From Eledone cirrhosa (Eukaryota): a stretch of DNA of 64,000 nucleotides. Each line of letters begins with the position of its first letter. Position 1 is the first letter of the stretch. The notes beneath the pieces are model-generated. The model made no database searches. It was not told where the DNA came from and saw only the letters and a program-made list of their open reading frames with translations. This document shows, piece by piece, positions 25,311 to 36,637 of the stretch. The position numbers and the translations under genes are program-made. The stretch spans positions 15,376,001 to 15,440,000 of the forward strand of contig OZ024766.1 of the NCBI GenBank assembly GCA_964016885.1. Direction: 5' to 3'.

Positions 25311-25515
25311 ACCTTTGTTAAGTTATGTTCCAAATACCATCTTAACCGTTTCGATACCAAACTGCCAGATGTGGACCTTGTTCTAACAATACTAACAACC
25401 TTTGTTAAGTTATGTTCCAAATACCATCTTAACCCTTTTGATACCAAACTGCCAGATGTGGACCTTGTTCTTACAATACTAACAACCTTTGTTAAGTTAT
25501 GTTCCAAGCACCATC
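25311..25515. repeat. 87-bp direct repeat, about 2.3 units
   Basis: acctttgttaagttatgttccaa recurs at 25311, 25398 and 25485. Related text near 27625-27785 and, inverted, near 42570. Confidence 0.75.
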
Positions 25516-25597
25516 TGAGACCACTCTTGGCAGGTCTGTTGGATGTTGGCTTACCTGGGGCTAAACAACATCAACAATACCTACTACAATATGCAAT

Positions 25598-26228
25598 ACC
25601 ACCACCACTACCACTATCACCACCAGCAGCAGCACCACCACCACCACCACACCAACAACAAAACCAGCATCCTCCTCACCACCACCACCACAACTACCTC
25701 CACTCCACCACCACCATCACCACCTACACTCCACCACCACCAACACCAACATCATCCTCACCACCACCAACACCTCCACTCCACCACCACCTACACTCCA
25801 CTCCCACTAAAACCACGACAGCCACCTACACTCCACCAACACCATCCTCACCACCACAACTACCTACACTCCACCACCACCACCACCACCTACACTCCCC
25901 TCCCACTATAACCACGACAGCCACCTACACCATCCTCACCACCACAACTACCTACACTCCACCACCACCGTCACCACCGCCTCCTACACCCCACTCCCAC
26001 TAAAACCACAACAGCCACCTACACTCCACCACCATCACAACTACTTACACTCCAGCACCACCAACACCTCCACTCCAGCACCACCTACACTCCACTCCCA
26101 CTATAACCATGACAGCCACCTCCACTCCACCACCACCTCCACTCCACTCCCACTATAACCACGACAGCCACCAACACTCCACTCCCACTATAACCATGAC
26201 AACCACCTACACTCCACCACCACCACTC
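25598..26228. repeat. Degenerate (CAC)n-rich intronic repeat
   Basis: Low-complexity caccac/ctacactcc units abutting the donor site of exon 26231-26365. Confidence 0.9.
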
Positions 26229-26230
26229 AC

Positions 26231-26365
26231 CTTTACAAGTGTTATTCACATCAATATATCCATCTTTACATCCAGTCACACATTTGCCAGTCAATTGATC
26301 ACATGTCTTTCTGCAGTTGTTGCACTCTTCTTTACAATTTCTTCCATAGAATCCAGGGAGACATT
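26231..26365 (-). CDS. Host gene exon, EGF repeat (CLPGFYGRNCKEECNNCRKTCDQLTGKCVTGCKDGYIDVNNTCK)
   Basis: tttctag acceptor, gtgagt donor, 135 bp, phase 1-1. Confidence 0.88.
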
Positions 26366-26862
26366 CTAGAAAGACAAACAATCTTAGTCATTATTTCAAT
26401 CTAGGGCAGTGGATTGGCAAAATCGGTGGAGCATCGAACACCATGCTTTGCGGCATAAAGTTATGGCCCTTTATGATCTGAGTTCAAATCCCGCCGAGGT
26501 TAACTTTGCCTTTCATCCTTACGGGGTCGATAAAATAAAGTACCAGTAATGCACTGGGTAATTGCTGGCCTTGTGCCAAAAGTAGAAACAATTATTTTAA
26601 TCAAGGGCGGTGGATTGGCAGTATCGTTAGAGTGTCGAACACCATGCTTTGCGGTATTGAGTTACGACCCTTTCCATTCTGAGTTCAAAACCTGCCAAAG
26701 TTAGCTTGGCCTTTCATCCTTACGGGGTCGATAAAATAAAGTACCAGTCACACACTGGGGTCATTTAAATCGACTTTCCCACGTCCCTTCAAATTGCTGG
26801 CCTTGTGCCAACAGTAGAAACAATTATTTCAATCTGCACTTTGACAATGCTGTTTATTTTAA

Positions 26863-27590
26863 CCCTTTAGCATTTACATTACCCTGTATTTACTATTGTA
26901 TTTTCATGGTAAAGGCTTTACCTCACATAATTATCTCACATAACATTTACATTACCCTGTATTTACTATTGTATTTTCATGGTAAAGGCTTTACCTCACA
27001 TAATTATCTCACATAACATTTACATTACCCTGTATTTACTATTGTATTTTCATGGTAAAGGCTTTACCTCACATAATTATCTCACATAGCATTTACATTA
27101 CTCTGTATTTACTATTGTATTTTCATGGTAAAGGCTTTACCTCACATAATTATCTCACATAGCATTTACATTACTCTGTATTTACTATTGTATTTTCATG
27201 GTAAAGGCTTTACCTCACATAATTATCTCACATAACATTTACATTACTCTGTATTTACTATTGTATTTTCATGGTAAAGGCTTTACCTCACATAATTATC
27301 TCACATAACATTTACATTACTCTGTATTTACTATTGTATTTTCATGGTAAAGGCTTTACCTCACATAATTATCTCACATAACATTTACCTTACTCTGTAT
27401 TTACTATTGTATTTTCATGGTTAAGGCTTTACCTCACATAATTATCTCACATAATATTGAATCTACAAGATTTTAATATTATTTATTTTGAGAAGAAAAC
27501 CTTAACATCAGTATGAGTGGCCAGTTGCAGCTGATTTGAACAGAGGTTAGAGAATTCTGGCCGGATATGGCCAGTTTAAATGCTAAAGGG
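26863..27590. mobile_element. TTAA MITE with an internal 73-bp unit amplified 8 times
   Basis: ttaa|ccctttagcattta...taaatgctaaaggg|ttaa. Units start at 26871, 26944, 27017 and so on up to 27382. Confidence 0.92.
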
Positions 27591-29264
27591 TTAAACTGTT
27601 TACATTCCATTATAATTTCATGTAAGAACCTTTGTTAAGTTATATTCCAAACCACCTGAAACTGCCCCAAGTTCTATGCTACAAAATTGTTTATTCCAAA
27701 GCCTTTATATTATCTAAAAATCTTCCATTTAATTTCATGTAAGAACCTTTGTTAAGTTACATTCCAAACCACCTGAAACTGCCCTTATTCCACTTTAAGT
27801 TTACGGTTCATTTCTTTTTCATTTAGAATTGTCTCCTGCAAGAACATAGATGAAAATGGATGAAAATGCACAAAAATTCAAACTGGTTATAATCAACAAG
27901 TAAAATCTTTTTCATTTTTTTTTTTTTTGGCATGGCATTGGAAAAGCATCACAGTGTCTAAAAAAGTCTGTCTTAAACCAGAAGGCTTGTTAGGCCAATG
28001 CTTATCTCGGTTTCATGGCATGAAGCAACTTGAAGTACAAGACACCTTACTGTGAAGGCACATGGCTTAGTGGTTAGAGCATTGGGCTTGCAATCGAAAG
28101 GTTGTGAGTTCAATTCTCGGACCAGGTGATGTGTTGTTTCCTTGAGCAAGACACTTTATTTCACATTGCTCCAGTTTACTCAGCTGTAGAAATGAAATGA
28201 TAGGACTGGGGTCCCTATCATTAAATTACCCTAGACACCTCCAACGAGATATACCTTGGAGGAGGCCAGCTAAACCTGCATATGTGTGAGCTGTAACAAC
28301 AACAACCTCGCTGGACAGGACACCAGTCCATCACAGTGTTAAACCTCCAGCTATTACTGGTACTCATTTTCAGCTATATAATACAATATATTTTTCGTTA
28401 GGCTGGTGCTTATCTCTGTTTCATGGCGTGAAGCGACTGGGAGTACAAGATTCCCCCCTGGACAGGACACCAGTCCATCACAGGGTTAAACCTCCAGCTA
28501 TTACTGGTACTCATTTTCAGCTGAGTATACTGGAGCAATGTGAAGTGAAGTGTTTTGCTCAAGAACACAACATCTAACCCAGCTCAGGAATTGAACCCAT
28601 GACATTATGATTCTAAGTCCAACACCCTTACCACTAGGCAATGCACCAAACTGTGCAACTCCTAAATATTTTTGTATCTCCTCGTGTTTGTGTTTTTGTA
28701 GTTTTTATGTCAAATGAATTCAGAGCATAATCGACATGTGATGATTTCAACTAAAACCTGTTTCCCTATAAATATGAAACACCCTAATATATATGTATAT
28801 ATGTTAAAGGTATATTATAAAGAGAAAGGACCTGCTGGCTGAGCTCTTGCTCTTTATAAAATAGCCATGCTCTACTACCGCGGGCTTTGTGTTGTGTTCT
28901 TGAGCAAGACACTTTATTTCACGTTGCTCCAGTTCACTCAGCTGTGGAAATGGGTTGCGATGTCACTGGTGCCAAGCTGTATCGGCCATTGCCTTTCCCT
29001 TGGACAATATCAGTGGCATAGAGAGGGGAGGCTGTTATGCATGGGCTACTGCTGGTCTTCCACAAAACAACCTTGCCCAGACTTGTGCCTTGGAGGGGAA
29101 CTTTCTAGACTCAAATTCTATGGTCATTCGTGACCGAAGGATCTCTTTACCTTTTACCCTTACTAACCCATGTATCGAATACTCTGTTCAGTAATGGTCT
29201 AACTAGTTTTAAACTGGTTCTATCCTGATTTATGTTAAAGGTATAAAGGTATCTATATACTTAC

Positions 29265-29465
29265 AAAAGACCTCCACTTCACACATGCTAAGGCTAGGTC
29301 CTGACAGCAGAATTATTGTGATTTTGTTGCCCTTAACAGGACTAGAACATTGCACATCAATAACTTTTGTCTTCTCTAGATTGGAAATCTTCTCACATAT
29401 TCTGTGTTTTTTGTCATTTGATACCAACACTATTATTGAGAATTTATTTTGTGCTGCAGAAAAAC
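29265..29465 (-). CDS. Host gene exon, C-terminal half of an F-type lectin (fucolectin/F5-8-like) domain (...ICEKIS...VQCSSPVKGNKITI...SLSMCEVEVF)
   Basis: ttaccag acceptor, gtaagt donor, 201 bp, phase 1-1, L-x-(L/M)CEVEV signature. Confidence 0.85.
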
Positions 29466-29860
29466 CTGGTAAGAAAGTTAAAACAAAAAACAAATAGCAA
29501 TGGTATTTGGTGGTGGTGGTGATGGTGGTGATGGTGGTGAGGAGGGAGGTTTGGGTAAAGTTTAGTCAAAAACTGATTGGCAAACATGGGCTTGGACCAG
29601 TGCAAGATTTAGGGCACATGAAGCCCTGTGCTAGTTATGTTATGAGGCCTCTTACTCGTAAAAAATTCATCATAAAAAATTGTGCCAAATTTAGAATTAA
29701 CCCTTTAGCATTTAAACCGGTTGTATTCGGCCAGAATTTTCTCAACTCTTTCTATTCAAACTGGCTGTAACTGGACACTCATACTTATATTAAGGTATTG
29801 TTCTCAAGATAAATAACATCAAAATCTCATAGATTCGATATTATGTGAGATAATTATGAG

Positions 29861-30075
29861 GGCGGTGGATTGGCAGTATCGGTAGAGGGTCAGACGCCAT
29901 GCTTTGCCGCATAGAGTTACGGCCCTTTATGATTTGAGTTCAATCCCGCCGAGGTTAACTTTGCCTTTCATCATTATGGGGTTGATAAAATAAAGTACCA
30001 GTTACTCACTAGGGTCGATTTAATCGACGTTCGCCCTTCCCCAAAATTGCTGGCCTTGTGCCTATATAAAAAACC
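29861..30075 (+). mobile_element. tRNA-derived SINE with a TSD of about 22 bp
   Basis: attatgtgagataattatgagg occurs at 29840-29861 and 30076-30097. Confidence 0.85.
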
Positions 30076-30745
30076 ATTATGTGAGATAATTATGAGGTAA
30101 AGCCTTTACTGTGAAAATACAATAGTATATATAGAGTAATGTAAATGTTATGTGAGATATTATGTGAGGTAAAGCCTTTACTGTGACAATACAATAGTAT
30201 ATATAGAGTAATGTAAATGTTATGTGAGGTATTATGTGAGGTAAAGCCTTTACTGTGAAAATACAATAGTATATATAGAGTAATGTAAATGTTATGTGAG
30301 ATATTATGTGAGGTAAAGCCTTTACTGTGACAATACAATAGTATATATAGAGTAATATAAATGTTATGTGAGATATTATGTGAGGTAAAGCCTTTACCAC
30401 AAAAATATAATAGTATATATAGAGTAATGTAAATGTTATGTGAGATATTATGTGAGGTAAAGCCTTTACTGTGACAATACAATAGTATATATAGAGTAAT
30501 GTAAATGTTATGTGAGATATTATGTGAGGTAAAGCCTTTACCACAAAAATACAATAGTATATATAGAGTAATGTAAATGTTATGTGAGATATTATGTGAG
30601 GTAAAGCCTTTACCATGAAAATACAATAGTATATATAGAGTAATGTAAATGTTATGTGAGGTATTATGTGAGGTAAAGCCTTTACTGTGACAATACAATA
30701 GTATATATAGAGTAATGTAAATGTTATGTGAGGTAAAGCCTTTAC
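30076..30745. repeat. 72-bp MITE-derived minisatellite (about 9 units here, 2 units less 7 bp at 36264-36400, 8 units at 41977-42552)
   Basis: Unit atgttatgtgagatattatgtgaggtaaagcctttactgtgaaaatacaatagtatatatagagtaatgtaa. The ORF track shows the matching 24-aa periodicity. Confidence 0.95.
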
Positions 30746-33700
30746 AACAAACGAAGTCCTCAATAGGGAGGGGGCATTAACATGGGTCGCACACACCCCG
30801 GAAAAAATGTGCAACCCTTCTCCTCAGGAGCACAAAGAGTAGGTGATTCCCTCGTCTCCTCTTTTTCCTCTTCTTTCACCTACAGGCTGATATAGAGAGA
30901 AGACCCATTCACTCTGGCCATTCTCCCTACTTTCACCCACCTTTCATAAAACTTGCTGGGGTAGAGCACCTCTCTCTCCATTCTGATCCTTCTTTTAAAA
31001 TGGTATTTGAAAAAGGGGACCAGTTGTTGGCCGGAGAGAAAGGTGTCTGACCTCAGCCCTTTCAGCCTCGTCCACCATACAACTTCTTTAGCTATGGCTA
31101 TCACACAGAGAAAAACCGCCTCTCCTTCGTTTTTGAAAGGGGGAGGCGGTTTGATCGTGACAATGGACTCGGTGGTCAACCGGATTGGTCCCACCTTCGA
31201 CAGTAGTCGTTCCACATAGCCCCACAGGTCAGCAATGCCTGGGCAGTGTACGAATGCGTGCGCAACGGTTTCGTCGTCATGCACGCATCTCGGACAGATC
31301 TTATTCAAAGGATCCCTACCCAAGCTCCCATGCCTGTGGAGCTTGTCTCGAACGGGTAGAGCCCCTCGGTAGCACTGCCAAGCCAGGGACTTTTGGAAGT
31401 TGTCCATCGGTCCAGGGCCAAACGTCCTACCGAACAGACTGGCCAGTTCATCTTCCTCCATGCCTAGAGCTTCTCCGAGAGCATCGTCGCACCTGCTGCG
31501 TACCAACCCTCTATAGAATGTCGAGGTGGAGTCTCCACTGATTGCCGGGTCCGCTTTCCAGAGGGCCGTGAGCGCCTGGGCACATTCAATGTGCCAGTCG
31601 CCCACTTTTCTCGGTCTTTGCTTGACCCATGATTGCAGCTCGGTGAGCGAGACGAGTCTGGGAAAGGCTCGCCTCACAAACGGGGCCCACACCGGTTGAC
31701 CGGTGAGGAATACCTGGAGGTGCCGTAGCCTTAATGCGTGTTTACGCATCTGTAGCCATGGCATCCCCAGCCCTCCTTTCGAAGGGTGTTGACAGCAGAT
31801 GGATCTCCTCACCAAAGGGGTCCGCTTGTTCCAAAGAAATTGGAACAGCGCGCACTCCATTTTGGCGAGTCTTTTCACTGGGCAAGGCATGACGGTCAAG
31901 CGGTAGTAGATGACGGATGCTATATAAGTATTCGCCACCTCCGCTCGACCTTTCAGGGATAGTTTGCACTGGGCCCACTTCTGGGTGAGTGCAAACACCC
32001 TGGCCGTTACCTCGTTCCAGTTTTTCTCCACCTGGAGGTCTGGTCCGAACGAGACCCCAAGTAGCTTCACCGGCCCCTCTGTCCAGCGTCCGACGACGTC
32101 GTTGGAGGGCATCGGTTTGCCTCTCCATGTTCCGAGTTGCAAACCGACGGACTTGTCCCGGTTCAGCTTGGCTCCTGTAAACCTTTCATATTCCTCCAGT
32201 AAGGTGCCAATTTGCGAGGTTTTCGACACCATTACTGTCACGTCATCGGCGTAGGCCGACGCCGCTTTCTGCAATCCCGGTTCCAAAGGGATGCCCTGCA
32301 ACCGCTCCAACTTCCGCAGTAGTGGCTCAAGAGCCAGCACATACAGAAGGGAGGAGAGAGGGCATCCCTGTCGGATGGATCGCATGATTTGGAATGGCTC
32401 CGAGAGGTGGCCGTTCACCTTGACCCTTGAGCAGACGTTGCTGCTGTGCATCGCAGCAATCCAACCCCTGAAAACGGGTCCGAAGCCTGCCGCCGCGAGC
32501 ACTGCATCCAGGTAACGATGGTCAACCCTATCGAAAGCTTTAGATTGATCCAAGTTGATCAGGGCCCCACCAAAGCCGGGTTCATTCCCTACCCTCTCTA
32601 TGATGTATCGCATAAGGTGGAGATTGTCGTGAATGGACCTGGACGGGATTGCGCATGTCTGCGCTTCTCCCACCAGGTTTCCGACGACAAGCGCCAACCT
32701 CTTCGCTAACACCTTGGCCAAAATTTTTAACTCTGCATTTAGCAGAGTTATGGGCCTGAAGTTACTTATGTCATCTCCCTTGTTCTCGTCCTTCCTCACC
32801 AGCGTAACTACGCCCTTGGTCACAGAACTGGGAATTCTCCCGTTCTGCTGCCAGTTGCAGTAGACCGCTTCGAGGATATCGGAGAACAAGTCCGACATTG
32901 CTACATATAGCTCGTATGGTAAACCATCGAGACCCGGGGATTTGCGTTTGCCGCATTGGCTCAGCGCCGCCCCTATCTCAGCAGCTAAAATTGGCCTTTC
33001 GCAGGACTTCGCCTCCCCGTCCGAGAGGCGCGGCAGACCGTCGAGGTATGGATTGAAATCCATAGTCACACCCGGCGTGCCCTCCATCCCGAACAGTTGT
33101 GCAAAGTGCCGCTGAAAGGCCGCACACATCTGCCCAGGTTCAAGGATCACACGCCCATCCTGGTCCTTCAAAGACCGAATCGTGGACTTGTTCCCACTTT
33201 TTGCCTCTGTCACTCGGGCCCAGCTCACAGCTTTGGCTCCCTCATTACCCAGAGCACGTATTTTACTTCTGACAACGCAGCCTTCATGCTTCACCTCAAA
33301 GAACTGGTCTAAGGCCATTCTTGATGCCAGCACGCCGGCTACATTGCCACACCTAATCGCCTCTTCTACTCTATCTACTAATTCCCTTTCCGTCTTGTTC
33401 CTATCCCTTGCTAATTCCTGACTAAAACCTATCGATTCTATTCTAATTGCTCTCTTAAGAGAGCTCCACCACCTGTTGTTGACAATTGCCCCTGTCAAAC
33501 TCTGCTTAACTAACGTGCTAATCCGTTTACTGTAAGCTTTGCTTGTCGGTAAGGACCAGTTCAGCTTCCAGTAACCGGGTCCCTGTCTATGGGTTCTATC
33601 AAGGTTGGCTATGTAGGTCACTAGCTTGTGATCCGAATAGTCAACCAGGAACATTTTTGGACAGCTAAATGTGTCCCTATCCTTCTCTCTAACTAGGACC

Positions 33701-36263
33701 CTATCTAGGTACGACCTAGATGTTCCGCTTCGATTGGTCCACGTCCATAGTGGTACAGTCGGAAAATCTAGTCGATATCTATCGGCCAGGTCAAATCGGC
33801 CGATTAACCTTTTGAGGCTTTTACACTCCCCTCTATTGGCACATGCCCCTACATAGTCCCAACGTGCATCCAGGATACCATTCCAGTCCCCCACTAAAAG
33901 CAAGGAGCGGGACGTTCCCAGAAAAGTTTCCAGACGTTGGAAGTATTCTGGCCGCGCTGCCCAAAAAGGGGCGTACACAGCAATTAGTCTAAGGGCTCCA
34001 CTTTCACTACTGCCGACGTCTAAAACCACCAGTCGACCCTACGGGTCCAGGTGCACCTTCTGTATGGCGAGGCCCAGGTGTTTTCACAGCAGAACGACAA
34101 CTCCACCCCCACCCCCCGGTTGACAGAGAAATGCGAAAATCTCAAAGTCATCGAAGAGGGGCGCCAGTTGGTGCTCGCTGCTGATCCTGGACTCGCAAAT
34201 AGCCATTACATCCATTCTATGTGACCTGAGATCGTTTAAAAGTTTGCCTTGTTTCCAAGACAGTCCCAGGCCACGTACATTCAGACACCCAACTCTTATA
34301 GCAGCCATGTTGGTTAAAAGAGGAAGGACCTACCTGTTCGGCTCCTGAGGAGAAGGTTGCACAATATCCATGGGCGTATTGGAGGGGTTGTTTGGTGGGG
34401 TGTTGTTCTGTGGTGGAGTGGGGGTGTTTGGTGAGGTGTGGGTGGGGAAACGTTTCAAGAGGGCGCGGTTATAGGGTCGAGTACATGTTTTCCCCACGTC
34501 CTCAGGAAAGTTCTCTCTTAGTTTTGCATAGGTGTCCATTGGGAGTCTTATCATTTTTAAATGCGGTTTGTTCCCGCGCTTGCAAAGAATTGCCCTTCAG
34601 TTTCCACCAAAGGGTCTTTGTGTATTGTTTTTACTAGTTCTTTGTTATTTGTGTTAATGTATATATACTGTTTTATTTGTGTTGTGTTTGTTTGTTGTTC
34701 TTGTGTGTGCTTACGTTTTGTTGTATGTGTTATGTTTTGGGGTGGGGCGGATTTTGTTTGTTCTGTTTGTTTTGTTTTTGTTGGTGGTTGTGTGTTTGTT
34801 TCGTTTATGTTCGAGTGGTGCTTTCTTTTTTTCCTTTTTACAGGTTGGAAGGGTCCCCCCTCTTCGTCACTAGGTGCCGTTTCAGCTGGGTCCTCGTCCG
34901 TGCTGTCGGGTAGTGGTGTATTTTGGGGTTTTGTTGTGTTTGTGTGTTTTGGGAGTTGTTTTGGGTGGGGCCGTGTCTTGTGTTATTTTTCCGTGTTGTT
35001 TTTGTTGTTGTTGTGGTGGTGGTGGAGGTGGTGGTGGCGGTGGTGGTGTGTGGGGTGTAAGCAAAAGAGCCTTTTTTTTTGTCAATTGAGGACAGGCAGC
35101 CCTTAGATGACCCCTGCTTGAACAGTAGTAACATATGGGCCTCCTACCCTCGGCTGAAATGTATATAAATGTTTCTCCATCAAGGGACACCCTCTGTGGT
35201 ATTCTAGCTATTCGTTCTGGTCTTATTTGGACCAGAACCTCCACGCTCAAACCGCCGAAAACATCTGTGGTGACTTCTCCTACTGAGAGGATTCCGTCCT
35301 CATCTCCTAAAAATCCTGTTAGTACCCAGGAAATGCATGCATTTGGCCGGATTCCGGAGACTCTTATTTTCTGCGTTCTTTTCCCTAAGTATGTGGGGAA
35401 AAATGTATGTAGCTTGGAAACAATTGGCGCCACAGAGTATTTCCTGGCCGTCAATTGATCCTTCATTAGGACCGTTATATTCCCATAGAGTGGCCCTTTT
35501 TGTATGAACGATATATCACTCCACACATTTTTTAGGACCAGCTCAATTTTCTTTTGGGGATAATTGAGCTGGTTTCCTTGTTATGCTGGAAATTGTTCTG
35601 AAAGATATCGTTCTTAGTGTCGTGTCTCTTTTGATTTCTTGTGGGGAGGTGATTGTGAAGTCTCCTCCTTCTTTGAAAGTTACATACTGTTTTGCTTCCT
35701 TCATCTTTTCTCTCAGAGTTGTAATGTCCAGTTGCTTGCAGGTCTATGTTTTCCGGACCGCCTGTGCAAAGGAGGCACCAGTAGTGGGTTCGCTTTGTTT
35801 GGTGTTATCGTTATTTTTTCCTTGGTTGGTGTTGTGACTATTGCTATTATTGTCATTGTTGTTTTTGTCTGCGTTTATGTGACTTTCTGGGTTTTCACCC
35901 ATTTTTACAATTTTTTCTTTTAATTCCGTGTTCCATGTTTCTTTTGCAGAAGTGAGGAGGGAAGACTTAGAGTCTTGTGCTTCTAGCTTCTCAGTATCAC
36001 CTTTCTTAGGGGGAGTGGCTTTCTCGTTAGGATGAGATGTGAAAATTCCATCCATTTCTATTAGTTTGCCGTAATAATTTTTAACTGGAAAATTCGCACC
36101 AAAAAGGGGCGAAAATAAATAAACTCAAAGTTTGACGACCAAGGCATGGGGTTAACGTATATTACAGTATAAAAAATTAATCAAAACTCACTTTTGAGTA
36201 AGTAAATCCAACTCGGTAGCCGAGCTTGTTCACACACGTCCACACACGTCTCTCGTATACGAG
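30746..36263 (-). mobile_element. L1/Tx1-clade non-LTR retrotransposon, copy A (ORF1 disrupted, stops near the ORF2 N-terminus, about 100 bp of 3' UTR lost)
   Basis: ORF1 fragments contain the zinc knuckle CYYCSSRGHLRAAC. ORF2 contains APE (GDWN, YLDR, SDH), RT (QGCPLS, YADD) and a CCHC finger (CPRC...HAFVHC). Confidence 0.95.
30880..34288 (-). pseudogene. ORF2 of copy A (APE-RT-CCHC); 1049 codons open from 34029 down to 30880, N-terminus (start at 34308) interrupted by stops
   Basis: ORFs 30880-34029 and 34084-34308, compared with the copy B ORF2. Confidence 0.85.
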
Positions 36264-36637
36264 ATGTTATGTGAGATATTATGTGAGGTAAAGCCTTTAC
36301 TGTGAAAATACAATAGTATATATAGAGTAATGTAAATGTTATGTGAGATATTATGTGAGGTAAAGCCTTTACTGTGAACATACAATAGTATATATAGAGT
36401 GGTTTCTTTATTTGCCACCAGGGCACAAAAGGTAGGGACAGATACAAGGGGGGAAGTTTACATATAATTAACGAGTACAAAAATATAACAATGAAATAAC
36501 AACAACAAACGAAGTCCTCAATAGGGAGGGGGCATTAACATGGGTCGCACATACCCCGGAAAAAATGTGCAACCCCTCTCCTCAGGAGCACAAAGAGTAG
36601 GTGCTTCCCTCGTCTCCTCTTTTTCCTCTTCTTTCAC

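Noticed and set aside
25371-26003. Pro/Thr/His-rich extensin- or mucin-like ORF
   Set aside because: It is a (CAC)n low-complexity tract on the antisense strand of an intron.
30077-30814. 245-aa and 202-aa ORFs with hydrophobic 24-aa repeats, also at 41933-42530
   Set aside because: They are translations of the 72-bp MITE minisatellite. The 73-bp sister array is not in frame, so there is no coding constraint.
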